From Colwellia hornerae (GTDB lineage: Bacteria; Pseudomonadota; Gammaproteobacteria; Enterobacterales; Alteromonadaceae): a stretch of DNA of 64,000 nucleotides. This document shows, one piece after another, positions 10,060-20,270 of the stretch. Positions within the stretch are counted from its first letter, which is position 1; each line of letters opens with the position of its first letter. The notes beneath the pieces were generated by a model. It saw only the letters and a program-made list of their open reading frames with translations. It had not been told where the DNA came from and made no database searches. The stretch covers positions 32,620 through 96,619 of the forward strand of contig NZ_VOLR01000011.1 in NCBI RefSeq assembly GCF_007954355.1. Direction: 5' to 3'. The position numbers were made by a program, and so were the translations under genes.

Positions 10060-10896
10060 TTATTGGTATTTAGCAATGATTTTTTCAATGCTTTTATCGT
10101 TAATCATTTGTTGTAATGCTTTATTTAATCTCGGTATAAGTTCGAGTTTTGTTGGGTGTACACGCATCATAACTTCTACAGAGCTAACCACATCTCCAAC
10201 GACAATATCATTCAAAGCCGGAAGATGTCTTTTCATATATTCTATCGAGGATTTACTGATAAAAATTTGGTCAATGCGCTCAGCCAACAATTGCTTAATC
10301 AGCAAACTTTCTGATTTATTTAATATCCTGTTAATTTCATCCTTGGCAAAGGATGACTCAAATCTAGGATAAATGAAGCCTCTAACTATGCCTACTTTGT
10401 GTCCAAATAAATCTTTTGGTGTTTTTACATCAAATTGATCACCAGCGCGAAAAACAATGACTTCCTCAACCCTTTCATAGGCAATTGAATACAAGCCTAT
10501 TTCTTTTGAATTACTGCGCCAAACAGGGTTAATTCCGGGTTCAATGTCCACTCGGCCAAGATCAAATTCAAGCATAGCTCTAGCGGCAGGCATTTTAACC
10601 ATTATAAAGGTATCGCCGGTAATCTCTCCAATTTGAAGAAACATGTCTGCAAATATGCCTGATATTTTAGTATTGCCTTGTTGATCTATTGTAGAGATAT
10701 TGTGTGGGGGATTTGCAGGGTCGTAAGAAACAACCTTGTAGGTATTAGCAATGACTGACCATGAAGTGATTAGGAGGATATTGAAAAAGCATAAATTTAT
10801 TTTCCTATTGATAGTCATTCTCCTTTTTACAATCACTGATCTTATCGTAAATATAGCAGAATATACGTAGTGAAGCTTATAAAGATCATTGTGCAA
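10060..10896 (-). CDS. Orphan periplasmic solute-binding protein (SBP family 3-like)
   Basis: A hydrophobic signal-like N-terminus, then two-lobe SBP_bac_3-like composition. No adjacent permease or ATPase gene. Confidence 0.5.
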   Translation of the reverse strand: MHNDLYKLHYVYSAIFTIRSVIVKRRMTINRKINLCFFNILLITSWSVIANTYKVVSYDPANPPHNISTIDQQGNTKISGIFADMFLQIGEITGDTFIMVKMPAARAMLEFDLGRVDIEPGINPVWRSNSKEIGLYSIAYERVEEVIVFRAGDQFDVKTPKDLFGHKVGIVRGFIYPRFESSFAKDEINRILNKSESLLIKQLLAERIDQIFISKSSIEYMKRHLPALNDIVVGDVVSSVEVMMRVHPTKLELIPRLNKALQQMINDKSIEKIIAKYQ

Positions 10897-11155
10897 TTAT
10901 AAATGTTGAGTGGGTGTTTAACCCTGCTAAGTAAGTGGTGTTATGGTAGACAAGCTAATATCTATAAGGCTAACTGACTTAAATATATCGCCAAGGTGAT
11001 ACTGCGAAATAATAGCAATCTTCGCTAAAGCTTAGCTAATATAACCAGACCCTTAAGTTGTTGTTTTATAAGTGATTGAAATAATGTTAAAATATATAAG
11101 GAATAGATTTTGCAGTACAACATTTTTATTTAATAAATAATGAGTCAACCTAACC

Positions 11156-11419
11156 ATGAATATAAACCTTTGGGTATTTTTAAGTATCGCTGTGATTTTT
11201 TTAGTGAGTTTTTTAATTATTTTGGTATTAAGTACCAATAAAAAGAAAATAAAAGAATTAGAAGTAGAAGCGTTGAAATTAGAAAAAGCTAATTTAGAGA
11301 CAGAAGTCGCCACAGCGGTTAATAAGATACTCGGTGATCAACTCAGTCGAATAGAGGTATTGGAAGCCATCGTTACCGATAAACAATACGACTTGAACGA
11401 AAAAATAACTCGATTATAA
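11156..11419 (+). CDS. Small single-TM protein with coiled-coil tail (hypothetical)
   Basis: One N-terminal TM helix, then the charged heptad-like KIKELEVEALKLEKANLETEV. Confidence 0.4.
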   Translation: MNINLWVFLSIAVIFLVSFLIILVLSTNKKKIKELEVEALKLEKANLETEVATAVNKILGDQLSRIEVLEAIVTDKQYDLNEKITRL

Positions 11420-11677
11420 GCACTAATCCTATTAATTTTGTTTAATACATTAATAGTATAAAATATTGATGTTGTAGAAGTTAAGAAAGGCTGACCAGCC
11501 AATAAAAATAGGCGATTAGTTAATAGCCATAGAAGGATGTAAAATTCCTGGCGGTCCGGCACATGAAGGCAAAGCACTAATGAGCAAACCCAAAGGGGCT
11601 GCTATTAAATTTAACTCTTTTACGTGCTGACAGCTCAGAATATTCGGTGAGCTTACTGCTAAAATAAGCCCTAATGA

Positions 11678-11866
11678 TTAATCTTTCAGACCTACTTTTT
11701 TTAATAAGACCATCATTGGGCACCATTTGGTGAATGAAGACTGTATTAAATTGGCCGCAATAAAAGCAGTAAACCATAGCCAGTTTATTGATAATGTTAC
11801 GGTTAAAATAAGTGAAATAAGTATCATTGTGCCTGCTATTAGTCTTAATGCATCGTTCTTATTCAT
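11678..11866 (-). CDS. DUF2892 (YgaP-like) small membrane protein
   Basis: 62 aa, two TM segments. The motif NLIQSSFTKWCPMMVLLKKVG resembles the DUF2892 signature. Confidence 0.5.
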   Translation of the reverse strand: MNKNDALRLIAGTMILISLILTVTLSINWLWFTAFIAANLIQSSFTKWCPMMVLLKKVGLKD

Positions 11867-12336
11867 AGTAACTCCGTTATATTGGTATGGTTAAATTAGT
11901 ATTATATTAGGTTTTGTTAAATTAGCAAGTGCTAATGTAGTTATTGGCAGGTCAATAATCAATAGTACTAATAACGGTTTAATATTTATATTAAACGATA
12001 TCGATAGTCGTTAAATATAGAGTACACAGAGTCTTTAATAACAAGCTTAATTTGCAATGATTTTGATAAAGGTATGGCCAAGTTTATTGAAAAATAGTTG
12101 ATCACAGTGAGTGATTTTTTGTGTCACTGCTAATTTGAGTCATGCTCGTAAGATAAAGTCTCGTATTTTTGAGCTCTAGTGCAGTAATCGACAGGAATTT
12201 AATCAAAGGATTGTAGGTAAAAAATGGTAAATATAAAATTTCAGGCATTCACCTTTTGCCCAAAAAATAAAATTGTCACACCTTCTTTAATGTTGCCAAT
12301 CATTTCTTTTGACAACAGTTTATTAGGCAATAATAA

Positions 12337-14274
12337 ATGAATAATAAAGCCATTTGTCGTTCTAGTACTTTCTTCTTTTGTGTTTTTATATTATTTATCA
12401 ATAATGTTGTTGCAGTAGAGTTACCTGTTGAAGCATTTAGTCGATTGCCAAGTATTAAATCGCCAATATTATCTCCCGATGGAAGTAAAATCGCTTATCT
12501 GAAAAATGTAGAAGATCCAGATTTAACGTTACTTATTTATATTGATTTAAAGAGCGGTGAGTTTAAGACGTTACTGCAGACAGATAATCTGACTAATCAA
12601 ATAAGGTGGTTCAAGTGGGCCAATAATGAAACCGTATTACTGGCGGCAAAATTTTCTAGACATATGAATACAGAAAAAGTTGATCACACTCAGTTGTTAG
12701 CTATTGATGTCGGCGCTGAAAAAACAAAACAACGAAGATTAATCAATGCTTCAACGATTTATAGCCGGCGACACTATTCTCAACATGAAGATAATTTGAT
12801 TGATTTATTACCCGATGACCCCGCGCATATCCTTATTGCTCTCGATGCTGAAAATGCAAATTTACCTAGCGTATTTAAACTCAACATAAATACTGCTAAG
12901 GCTAATAAAGTAGAAAACCATAAATTAAAAATTAGACAATGGATGACCGATCAGCAGAGCTTCGTAAGGTTAGGTCGTGCTTTAAACTATAAAACAGGGG
13001 CAGCCAAAATATTTGTCCGTAAAGGTGGTAACCAAAATTGGCAAGTTTTATTTCAATATAACAGTTTGGAAGATGCCCCCATAACGGCGCTTGGTTTTGA
13101 TAACAACCCTAATATTCTTTATTACACTCAATACAATAATGATAAGAAAGCGCTTTATAAGGTTGACCTAAGTACTGATACCCATCAATTAGTCTTTGCC
13201 GATAAAGATTATGATGTTGATGGCACACTTATTTATTCAAAAAAAACACGTAGTGTTATTGGTATTCGCCATATCAGCGGGAATATTTATTGGGATGAAA
13301 GTCGTAAGAGCCTTCAACAAAGGTTAAATACAGCGCGACCTAAAACAACGAATTATCTTGTTGACTTTAGTGAGGATGAATATGTTTATATTTTTTATGT
13401 TGAGAATGATTACACACCAGGTATTTATTATTTAGCTAATAGAAAAACAGGTAAAGTAAATCGTTTGATGACTCAATACCCAGCACTTAAAGATGCTAAT
13501 TTAACCGCGCATAAACTTGTAAAATACACAGCATCGGATGGGACAAAGATAGAGGGTTTTCTTAGCTTACCAATAGGTAATGAAGGGCCAACCGCAACTA
13601 TATTGTTTCCACACGGCGGTCCAGGTGCTCGTGATAGTAACGGCTTTGATTATTGGAGCTCATTTTTTGTTAATCGGGGATATGCAGTATTTCGACCTAA
13701 CTTTCGTGGGTCATCTGGTTACGGCTATGAATTTTCTCAAAGCCAAATGAGAAACTGGGGCTTGATTATGCAAGATGATTTAACCGATGCCGCAAACTGG
13801 TTAGTTACAGAGAAAATTGCTGATCGAAAGCGTATCTGTATTGTTGGCGCAAGTTATGGTGGCTATGCGGCGGCCATGGCGGCGGTCAAAACACCTGACT
13901 TATTTCGGTGCGCAGTCAGTTTTGCCGGAGTGAGTGACCTTCGAAATATTGTTTTTAAAAGTCGTTACTACACTAACAAGAAATTTGTAGAGTACCAAAT
14001 GGGCAAAGATGTTGACAACTTAATCGCCCGATCACCCTTTTATCAGGCAAAGAAAATTAATATACCTATGTTATTACTCCATGGTGCTAACGATACCGTG
14101 GTTAATGTTCGTCAAAGTCAAAGATTTTACCAGCAGCTAATAGACTTAAGTAAGCCAGTTGAATATATTGAATTGGCAGACGGCGACCACTATTTGTCTA
14201 TTCAGCGAAATCGACACAAAGCTTTTACAGCCATTGACGAATTTTTGAAACAACATTTAGTCAGCCCAAAGTGA
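12337..14274 (+). CDS. S9-family serine peptidase (prolyl oligopeptidase/dipeptidyl peptidase-like), secreted
   Basis: Signal peptide and a beta-propeller-like N-half. The C-terminal alpha/beta hydrolase carries the GASYGGY nucleophile elbow and HGGPGARD. Confidence 0.85.
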   Translation: MNNKAICRSSTFFFCVFILFINNVVAVELPVEAFSRLPSIKSPILSPDGSKIAYLKNVEDPDLTLLIYIDLKSGEFKTLLQTDNLTNQIRWFKWANNETVLLAAKFSRHMNTEKVDHTQLLAIDVGAEKTKQRRLINASTIYSRRHYSQHEDNLIDLLPDDPAHILIALDAENANLPSVFKLNINTAKANKVENHKLKIRQWMTDQQSFVRLGRALNYKTGAAKIFVRKGGNQNWQVLFQYNSLEDAPITALGFDNNPNILYYTQYNNDKKALYKVDLSTDTHQLVFADKDYDVDGTLIYSKKTRSVIGIRHISGNIYWDESRKSLQQRLNTARPKTTNYLVDFSEDEYVYIFYVENDYTPGIYYLANRKTGKVNRLMTQYPALKDANLTAHKLVKYTASDGTKIEGFLSLPIGNEGPTATILFPHGGPGARDSNGFDYWSSFFVNRGYAVFRPNFRGSSGYGYEFSQSQMRNWGLIMQDDLTDAANWLVTEKIADRKRICIVGASYGGYAAAMAAVKTPDLFRCAVSFAGVSDLRNIVFKSRYYTNKKFVEYQMGKDVDNLIARSPFYQAKKINIPMLLLHGANDTVVNVRQSQRFYQQLIDLSKPVEYIELADGDHYLSIQRNRHKAFTAIDEFLKQHLVSPK

Positions 14275-14312
14275 TGATATATTGTTAACATAAAAATAGG
14301 CAAAAGAGCTGA

Positions 14313-15119
14313 ATGATGAAAATTTTATTCTTGGCTAATAAAGATTTAGCGAGTAATTTCGCGCTGAATAAATTACTACCAAAGGTCTGTAAAAACCATG
14401 AGGTTCATCTGTGGTTATCCGCTAAAGTAGGTAAGATCAGTGTGTTACCTACGCCATTAAAGACGCTAAAGTTTTTCGAGCAAGACTTGTTTAACCAACT
14501 GCTAAGTCCGCTAATTCCTAGGAATAAAAGTAATAACAATACTTATAGAAACTTTGATGGCTTTAGTGTCTTTTTAAAGTCAGCGATTCTAGACGTCAAT
14601 CAAATCAATTCGCCTGAGATGATTAATGATTTAAAAGCATTGGCGCCTGAACTTATTGTTTCGATACGCTTTGGTGGCATTCTAAAGGAAGCGGTCATTA
14701 ATATTCCTACCAAAGGCATTATTAATCTGCACTCTGGCATATTACCTAAGTATAAAGGCGTGATGGCGACGTTTTGGGCAATGAAAAATAACGACGATAA
14801 AATAGGTACTACACTGCACACCATTGACGATGGTTCGATAGATACAGGACAAATAATCAAGACTTCTACCGTACTGGTTAATAGAGAGAAATCTTATTTA
14901 TGGCATGTGCTTGAGCTTTATAAGCAAGGTGCAATCGATATATTAGCGGCTATTGAAACGCTTGAAAATGATGAGTTACTTTGTTCTCAGCCACAAGAAA
15001 AGAGTGATAGCTATTTTACCTTTCCAAGCGAAAATGAATGTCTAGACTTTGAAAGAAGTGGCTTTAAAATCACCGATGAACAAGAGTACATTGAATTTAT
15101 ACAACAACATTATCTGTAA
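14313..15119 (+). CDS. Formyltransferase-family protein (Fmt N-domain-like)
   Basis: INLHSGILPKYKGVMATFWAMKN...GTTLHTIDDGSIDTGQII matches the formyl-transferase catalytic region (N, H, D triad context). 39 bp downstream of the S9 peptidase. Confidence 0.55.
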   Translation: MMKILFLANKDLASNFALNKLLPKVCKNHEVHLWLSAKVGKISVLPTPLKTLKFFEQDLFNQLLSPLIPRNKSNNNTYRNFDGFSVFLKSAILDVNQINSPEMINDLKALAPELIVSIRFGGILKEAVINIPTKGIINLHSGILPKYKGVMATFWAMKNNDDKIGTTLHTIDDGSIDTGQIIKTSTVLVNREKSYLWHVLELYKQGAIDILAAIETLENDELLCSQPQEKSDSYFTFPSENECLDFERSGFKITDEQEYIEFIQQHYL

Positions 15120-15250
15120 GTATAATAAAGGCTAATTTAACGAATATATTGTTGTCCGGTTAAACCAATCAAGTCCAACGCTTCATTATATCTTAAGTAT
15201 TATTGGTTACTTTAATAGGTTAACTATCCGCTTGATACTGTGTCGTTGCT

Positions 15251-15288
15251 ATCAATAAAAAAGGGGAGCATTATTAATGCTCCCCTTG
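15251..15288 (-). terminator. Rho-independent terminator for the first subtilase gene (minus strand), possibly bidirectional
   Basis: Perfect hairpin aaggggagcat-tatta-atgctcccctt. On the minus strand it is followed by TTTTTTATT. It lies between convergent genes. Confidence 0.75.
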
Positions 15289-15326
15289 GTCTTTACGATA
15301 AATATAATCGCATAATTTATGATGTT

Positions 15327-17696
15327 CTAAGGATTATAAACAACATCCAAGCTTACGCCACTAGCAGCTGAATAACCGTAAATACCGATATGCCAAGTGT
15401 CTGCTGCAGGGTTAGTAAATGCACATGCTTCATTATTGCCACCTTTGTACGGACGACAATCATAAGTAGATGATGTTGGCTGTGCGCCACGTCGAATATA
15501 CAAGTCAGCATCACCAGTGCCACCACTCATAGTGAAGTCTAATGTTGCCATGCCGGCTGGTACGTCAATGGTGTAATAAGTCCATGCTTGACGAGCAACA
15601 CTAATATCCGTTACAGATGCACTGCCACCGGTTGCTCCGCCACCCGTTGCAGGTTCAGTAAAACTACCGGTTAAGTTAACACCGGAGAATGCAGAATAGG
15701 CAACAATTTTCACATAGTAAGTACCTGCTTGTGCAGTACTAATTGGACAGCTTTCACTATTACCGCCAGCATAAGGACGACAGTCATAGCTAGAACTTGT
15801 TGGCGCTGAGCCAAATTTAACGTATAAATCAGCATCACCCGTTCCACCAGCCATAGCGAAGTTTAAATCTGTTGCTCCTGCAGGTACTTCCATGGTGAAG
15901 CTAAGTTCAGTACTAGATGTTAGGCCTGTTTTTGCCACGCCATTATCCAGTGTATTTCCTGTTGGCGGTGGCGGTGTTACGCTGCCACCACAAGTTGCAG
16001 CTAATGCATCAGACGCTGCTTTGGCTTGTACTAAACCAAAACCAGTTTTGTCGTCGCGACCAGCAACATCAAGATCGATAGCTGTTGATTTTAAAGCACT
16101 TCTCACTTGGTCAGCGCTACAATCAATGTTATTACTCCAGACAATTGCTGCGACACCGGTTACATGAGGCGTTGCCATTGAAGTGCCATTGTAATATGCA
16201 TAGTTTTGCGAACCGTTAACCGTTAACGTTGCTGAACTGCCTAACTGCGTTAATAATTGTTGGCCTAAAGCACGACTCACCGAAACACTTGGCACTGAAA
16301 CAGCGTTAGTAGAATCAACTAAGAATGGGTTTTGTAAGCCAGGACGAGTACTGTCACTATAAACAATAACACCAGAGGCACCAGCGTCAGCACAAGCTTT
16401 AGCTGGGTTTATTTCTGGATAATCACTGCCTTTTTGATTGCCATTACGCTCTGCCAAACAAATGTTACCAGCAACATTACTACAGCTGTAGCTACTTCCT
16501 GAAAGTGTACAACTTGCTAGGACTCCGTTGGCGCTACTATCTACATTACTTACTACGAAGCTACCACCGCTTTCAATGTAATGCGTTTGAGGCACGATAT
16601 CGTTAGCATAAGTTGTTGAACCTAAGTTAATAAAACCTAAGCGACCATCACCAGCAACAGTTGATAAAACAGCTTCACCGGGCGCAGAAATTTCAACTTG
16701 TGGAGTGTATTGAGAGAACTCAGCATGTTGATTGTTGCTATCAAGTGCGCCAACAGCCATAACAGCGTCATAAGATGCTGGGTAAGATAATGTGGTGTTG
16801 CCATCGTTACCTGAAGCGGCAACTAATAATACGCCAGAATCTGCAGCGGCTTGTAATGCGTTTTTCTCAGTAACACTTGAACCAGCACCACCTAAACTCA
16901 TGTTAATAACTTTTGCGCCATTATTAACACAAGTATCAACGGCATCACTTAACTCGCCAACATAACCCCAGCCAGCTTCATTAAATACTTTAACAATATG
17001 AAGATTTACATTGGTGTTTGGCATAATACCAACAACACCTTCACTGTTATTAACACCCGCAATAGTTCCGGCTACGTGAGTACCGTGAGAACCCCCGTTT
17101 TGATACCAATTGCCTGTACCTGAATTATTAGTACCTGATGCATTGTTAGCATTTAAATCAGGGTTTGCTTGTTCATAACCAGAGTCGATAATACACACGG
17201 TCATGTTTGCGCCGTCGTTATCAGTTAATTGGTCTGATTGTGTTTGTGCGATACCCCAAGGTTGATTTTGCGCCATTAAAAAGCGTTTGTAATCTGGCTC
17301 GATGAACTCAATTGACGAGTCTTTTTTCATGCGTTTGATCATGTTTTTCACATCTTTAATGTTCTTTTCTTTACCAAAAGAAATAATGTGATGACCATTT
17401 TTCAAAATCTTTTCGTGTTTTAACGACAAGCCTGCTTTCTTCGCTAATCCTGGAGGGATTGCTTTGCCGTTCTTCTTGTTTTTATATTTAACAATTAAAC
17501 GATCAGTAAAATCCTGCTTTTCGAGCATTTGTTGTGCACGCCAATCAGCAAAACTTAATGTTGTTGATTGGGCAGATTCCATTCCGCTTTGATTTACTTT
17601 ATTAATTTTAGCTTGGCTCGCATAACTTGCCGCGCTAGTTACGGTTAGAATAGATAAGGCTATTGCACTAAGTGCAAGGCGTTTGTTATTTCTCAT
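15327..17696 (-). CDS. Secreted S8 subtilisin-like serine protease with two C-terminal pre-peptidase (PPC) domains
   Basis: D/H/S catalytic blocks are present (DSGY, HGTHVAGTIAG, GTSMATPHVTG). Two C-terminal GTGDADLY.. PPC-like modules. The likely start is MRNNKRL (signal peptide) rather than the ORF-track start at 17759. Confidence 0.85.
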   Translation of the reverse strand: MRNNKRLALSAIALSILTVTSAASYASQAKINKVNQSGMESAQSTTLSFADWRAQQMLEKQDFTDRLIVKYKNKKNGKAIPPGLAKKAGLSLKHEKILKNGHHIISFGKEKNIKDVKNMIKRMKKDSSIEFIEPDYKRFLMAQNQPWGIAQTQSDQLTDNDGANMTVCIIDSGYEQANPDLNANNASGTNNSGTGNWYQNGGSHGTHVAGTIAGVNNSEGVVGIMPNTNVNLHIVKVFNEAGWGYVGELSDAVDTCVNNGAKVINMSLGGAGSSVTEKNALQAAADSGVLLVAASGNDGNTTLSYPASYDAVMAVGALDSNNQHAEFSQYTPQVEISAPGEAVLSTVAGDGRLGFINLGSTTYANDIVPQTHYIESGGSFVVSNVDSSANGVLASCTLSGSSYSCSNVAGNICLAERNGNQKGSDYPEINPAKACADAGASGVIVYSDSTRPGLQNPFLVDSTNAVSVPSVSVSRALGQQLLTQLGSSATLTVNGSQNYAYYNGTSMATPHVTGVAAIVWSNNIDCSADQVRSALKSTAIDLDVAGRDDKTGFGLVQAKAASDALAATCGGSVTPPPPTGNTLDNGVAKTGLTSSTELSFTMEVPAGATDLNFAMAGGTGDADLYVKFGSAPTSSSYDCRPYAGGNSESCPISTAQAGTYYVKIVAYSAFSGVNLTGSFTEPATGGGATGGSASVTDISVARQAWTYYTIDVPAGMATLDFTMSGGTGDADLYIRRGAQPTSSTYDCRPYKGGNNEACAFTNPAADTWHIGIYGYSAASGVSLDVVYNP

Positions 17697-18129
17697 CTGA
17701 TATAAACTCCATCGTTTATTTTTACGTTTAATTTGAACGTTTGCCGAGGCTACCTTCAACGTATTTTATTATGTATTGCTTTAATGAGTGAAAACCCATG
17801 CCAAAAATAATGGCTTGTTTACGATGTTTTAACTAGCAATTGACAGACTGTTTTTGCTAATTAAACGACGTTTTTATTTTTTTTAATATTTTATCTTACT
17901 GATAAATATAGTTTTGTCTGTTTTTTGTCGCCTTTGTGCGAAAAGCTGTCGCTATATTACTAGGGATTATTTGCTGAGTTGATATTATCGAATTATGCAA
18001 GATGCACGATACTGATTTAAGCAAAGATAAATAAGTCATCATCAAGATAGTAAGGACTACTCAATACAACATAACGTTGATAATTAAAACAATATAAACA
18101 ACGCCCCTATATAAGAGAGAGTGGAACAT

Positions 18130-19977
18130 ATGAAAGCTTCTAAATTTACGACATCAATTATTGCCTTAGCCGTTACCGCAGCATTTTCAGCACACGCTGC
18201 CGATGATCGATACATTATTAAAGTAGACGAAAGTAAGAAAGGCCTTGTTAAAGCACTTGCTAAAAAATTAGGCGGCGAATTAAAAGTCGATGGCAAAGGT
18301 TTTATCGCGGCTTCATTCGCTGGAAAAGATTTAAGCCAAGTTAAAGGTTTATTAAACAACCCACATATTCAAATGATTGAAGAAGATCAACGCCGTCTAC
18401 CACTTTCTGTTTATAGTGATACCGCAGGCAACCCTGCAACAACACAACTTACTCCTTATGCTGTTGTTCAATCTCAAGCGGACCAAGTTAACTTTAACGC
18501 TGGCGCAGGCATGAAAGTATGTATCATCGATTCAGGTTTAGATCGCTCTAACCAAGATTTTATCTGGAACAACATTACAGGTACTAACGATTCAGGCACA
18601 GGGAACTGGGACGAAAACGGTGGTCCACACGGAACTCACGTAGCTGGTACTATTGGTGCGGCAGATAACGGTTTTGGTGTGGTTGGTATGGCACCAGGCG
18701 TTGATATGCACATTGTAAAAGTATTTAACGAGGCAGGTTGGGGATATTCTTCTGACTTAGCTTACGCAGCAAACATCTGTTCAGGCGCAGGCGCTAACAT
18801 CATTAGCATGAGTTTGGGCGGCGGCGGTGCTAACAGCACTGAAGAAAACGCCTTTAAAGCTTTTACCGATTCAGGTGGTTTAGTGGTAGCGGCAGCAGGT
18901 AACGATGGTAATAATGTCCGTTCATTCCCAGCAGGCTATTCATCGGTAATGATGGTTGGTGCGAACGACAATAACAATGCTATTGCAGACTTCTCACAAT
19001 TTCCAAGCTGTACGTCAACAACGACAACAGGCAAAGGTAAAAATCGCACGACAACGACAACGACAGACGAAACTGTTTGTGTTGAAGTAACAGCTGGCGG
19101 TGTTGACACGTTGTCAACTTACCCTGCAGGAATGGCAACAAGTGCTTCAATGAGTGCCGATGGCGTAGCTTATGCTTCATCTGCTATGGAAAATTCAGGT
19201 TCGGTTACAGCGAACACTTTCTACATGGGCACTGCTGAGTCAACTAATTCAGGCGCAAATGGTAACGTTTGTCTGATTGACCGTGGCGTAATTTCTTTCC
19301 ATGACAAAGTACAAAATTGTCAAAACTCTGGTGGTGTTGGTGCGGTTATCATTAATAATGAAGCAGGTATGTTATCAGCGACATTAGGTGATACGAACGC
19401 GACAACTATTCCTGCAGTAGGCGTAGCACTAGAAGACCGTGCAGCATTATTAGCGTCAAATACAGTAGATATAGCGATTGGCGCTAGCGATTATGGTTTC
19501 ATGAGTGGTACTTCAATGGCGACACCTGCAGTATCAGGTATGGCTGCATTAGTATGGTCTAACCATAATGGCTGTACAGGTACAGAAATTCGTGATGCAT
19601 TAAAAGCAACGGCTGAAGATAATGGCGCTGCAGGCCACGATGACTACTTTGGTCACGGTATTGTTAAAGCAAAAGCGGCTAATGATTACTTAACTGCTAA
19701 TGGTTGTGGTGGTGGTGTTACACCTCCTCCAGTAGAAGGTGGTGATATTACTGCTGACGCATCAGGATACAAGGCTAAAGGTAAAAATAAAGTTGACGTA
19801 ACTTGGTCAGGTGCAGCTACTTCAAGTGTTGACATTATTCGTAACGGTTCTTTAAGAACAACAACGGCAAACGATGGCGCTTATACCGACAGTTTTAGAA
19901 CGTCAGGTTCATTTACTTATAAAGTATGTGATCAAGGAACAAGTAATTGTTCTGCGGACATTACCGTTAATTTCTAG
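18130..19977 (+). CDS. Secreted S8 subtilisin-like serine protease (second paralogue) with PA-like insert and poly-Thr linker
   Basis: Catalytic blocks DSGLD, HGTHVAGTIGA and GTSMATPAVSGMAALV. A signal peptide begins at MKASKF (ATG at 18130, GAGAG RBS-like upstream). A TTTTGKGKNRTTTTTTD low-complexity stretch is present. Confidence 0.85.
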   Translation: MKASKFTTSIIALAVTAAFSAHAADDRYIIKVDESKKGLVKALAKKLGGELKVDGKGFIAASFAGKDLSQVKGLLNNPHIQMIEEDQRRLPLSVYSDTAGNPATTQLTPYAVVQSQADQVNFNAGAGMKVCIIDSGLDRSNQDFIWNNITGTNDSGTGNWDENGGPHGTHVAGTIGAADNGFGVVGMAPGVDMHIVKVFNEAGWGYSSDLAYAANICSGAGANIISMSLGGGGANSTEENAFKAFTDSGGLVVAAAGNDGNNVRSFPAGYSSVMMVGANDNNNAIADFSQFPSCTSTTTTGKGKNRTTTTTTDETVCVEVTAGGVDTLSTYPAGMATSASMSADGVAYASSAMENSGSVTANTFYMGTAESTNSGANGNVCLIDRGVISFHDKVQNCQNSGGVGAVIINNEAGMLSATLGDTNATTIPAVGVALEDRAALLASNTVDIAIGASDYGFMSGTSMATPAVSGMAALVWSNHNGCTGTEIRDALKATAEDNGAAGHDDYFGHGIVKAKAANDYLTANGCGGGVTPPPVEGGDITADASGYKAKGKNKVDVTWSGAATSSVDIIRNGSLRTTTANDGAYTDSFRTSGSFTYKVCDQGTSNCSADITVNF

Positions 19978-20022
19978 ATTTAAACGTTTTAGTACAAGGA
20001 AGTAGTCTCAATTAACTAGTTG

Positions 20023-20062
20023 ATATCCAGTTCATTATTTGAGCTGGATATTTTTATTTTTG
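20023..20062 (+). terminator. Rho-independent terminator after the second subtilase
   Basis: Stem atatccag...ctggatat followed by ttttatttttg. Confidence 0.7.
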
Positions 20063-20270
20063 CAACATGTAATAACTTATAGCTATATATATATATCCAT
20101 AAGTATTGCATGTTAGGTGTCGTTTGGTTTATGTTCACAATCAATGTGTATTTTGTCACTAATGATTAAAAACTGTTTTAATGTACAATTTTTAAAATTT
20201 GAATGACAAACATTAAGTTAAACCACCCTGACGTTTTTAAAAGATGTAACGGGAAAAGGGGATAAATATT

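Noticed and set aside
20089-20100. (TA)6 microsatellite upstream of the third subtilase
   Set aside because: Too short to call a feature. Ordinary AT-rich promoter DNA.
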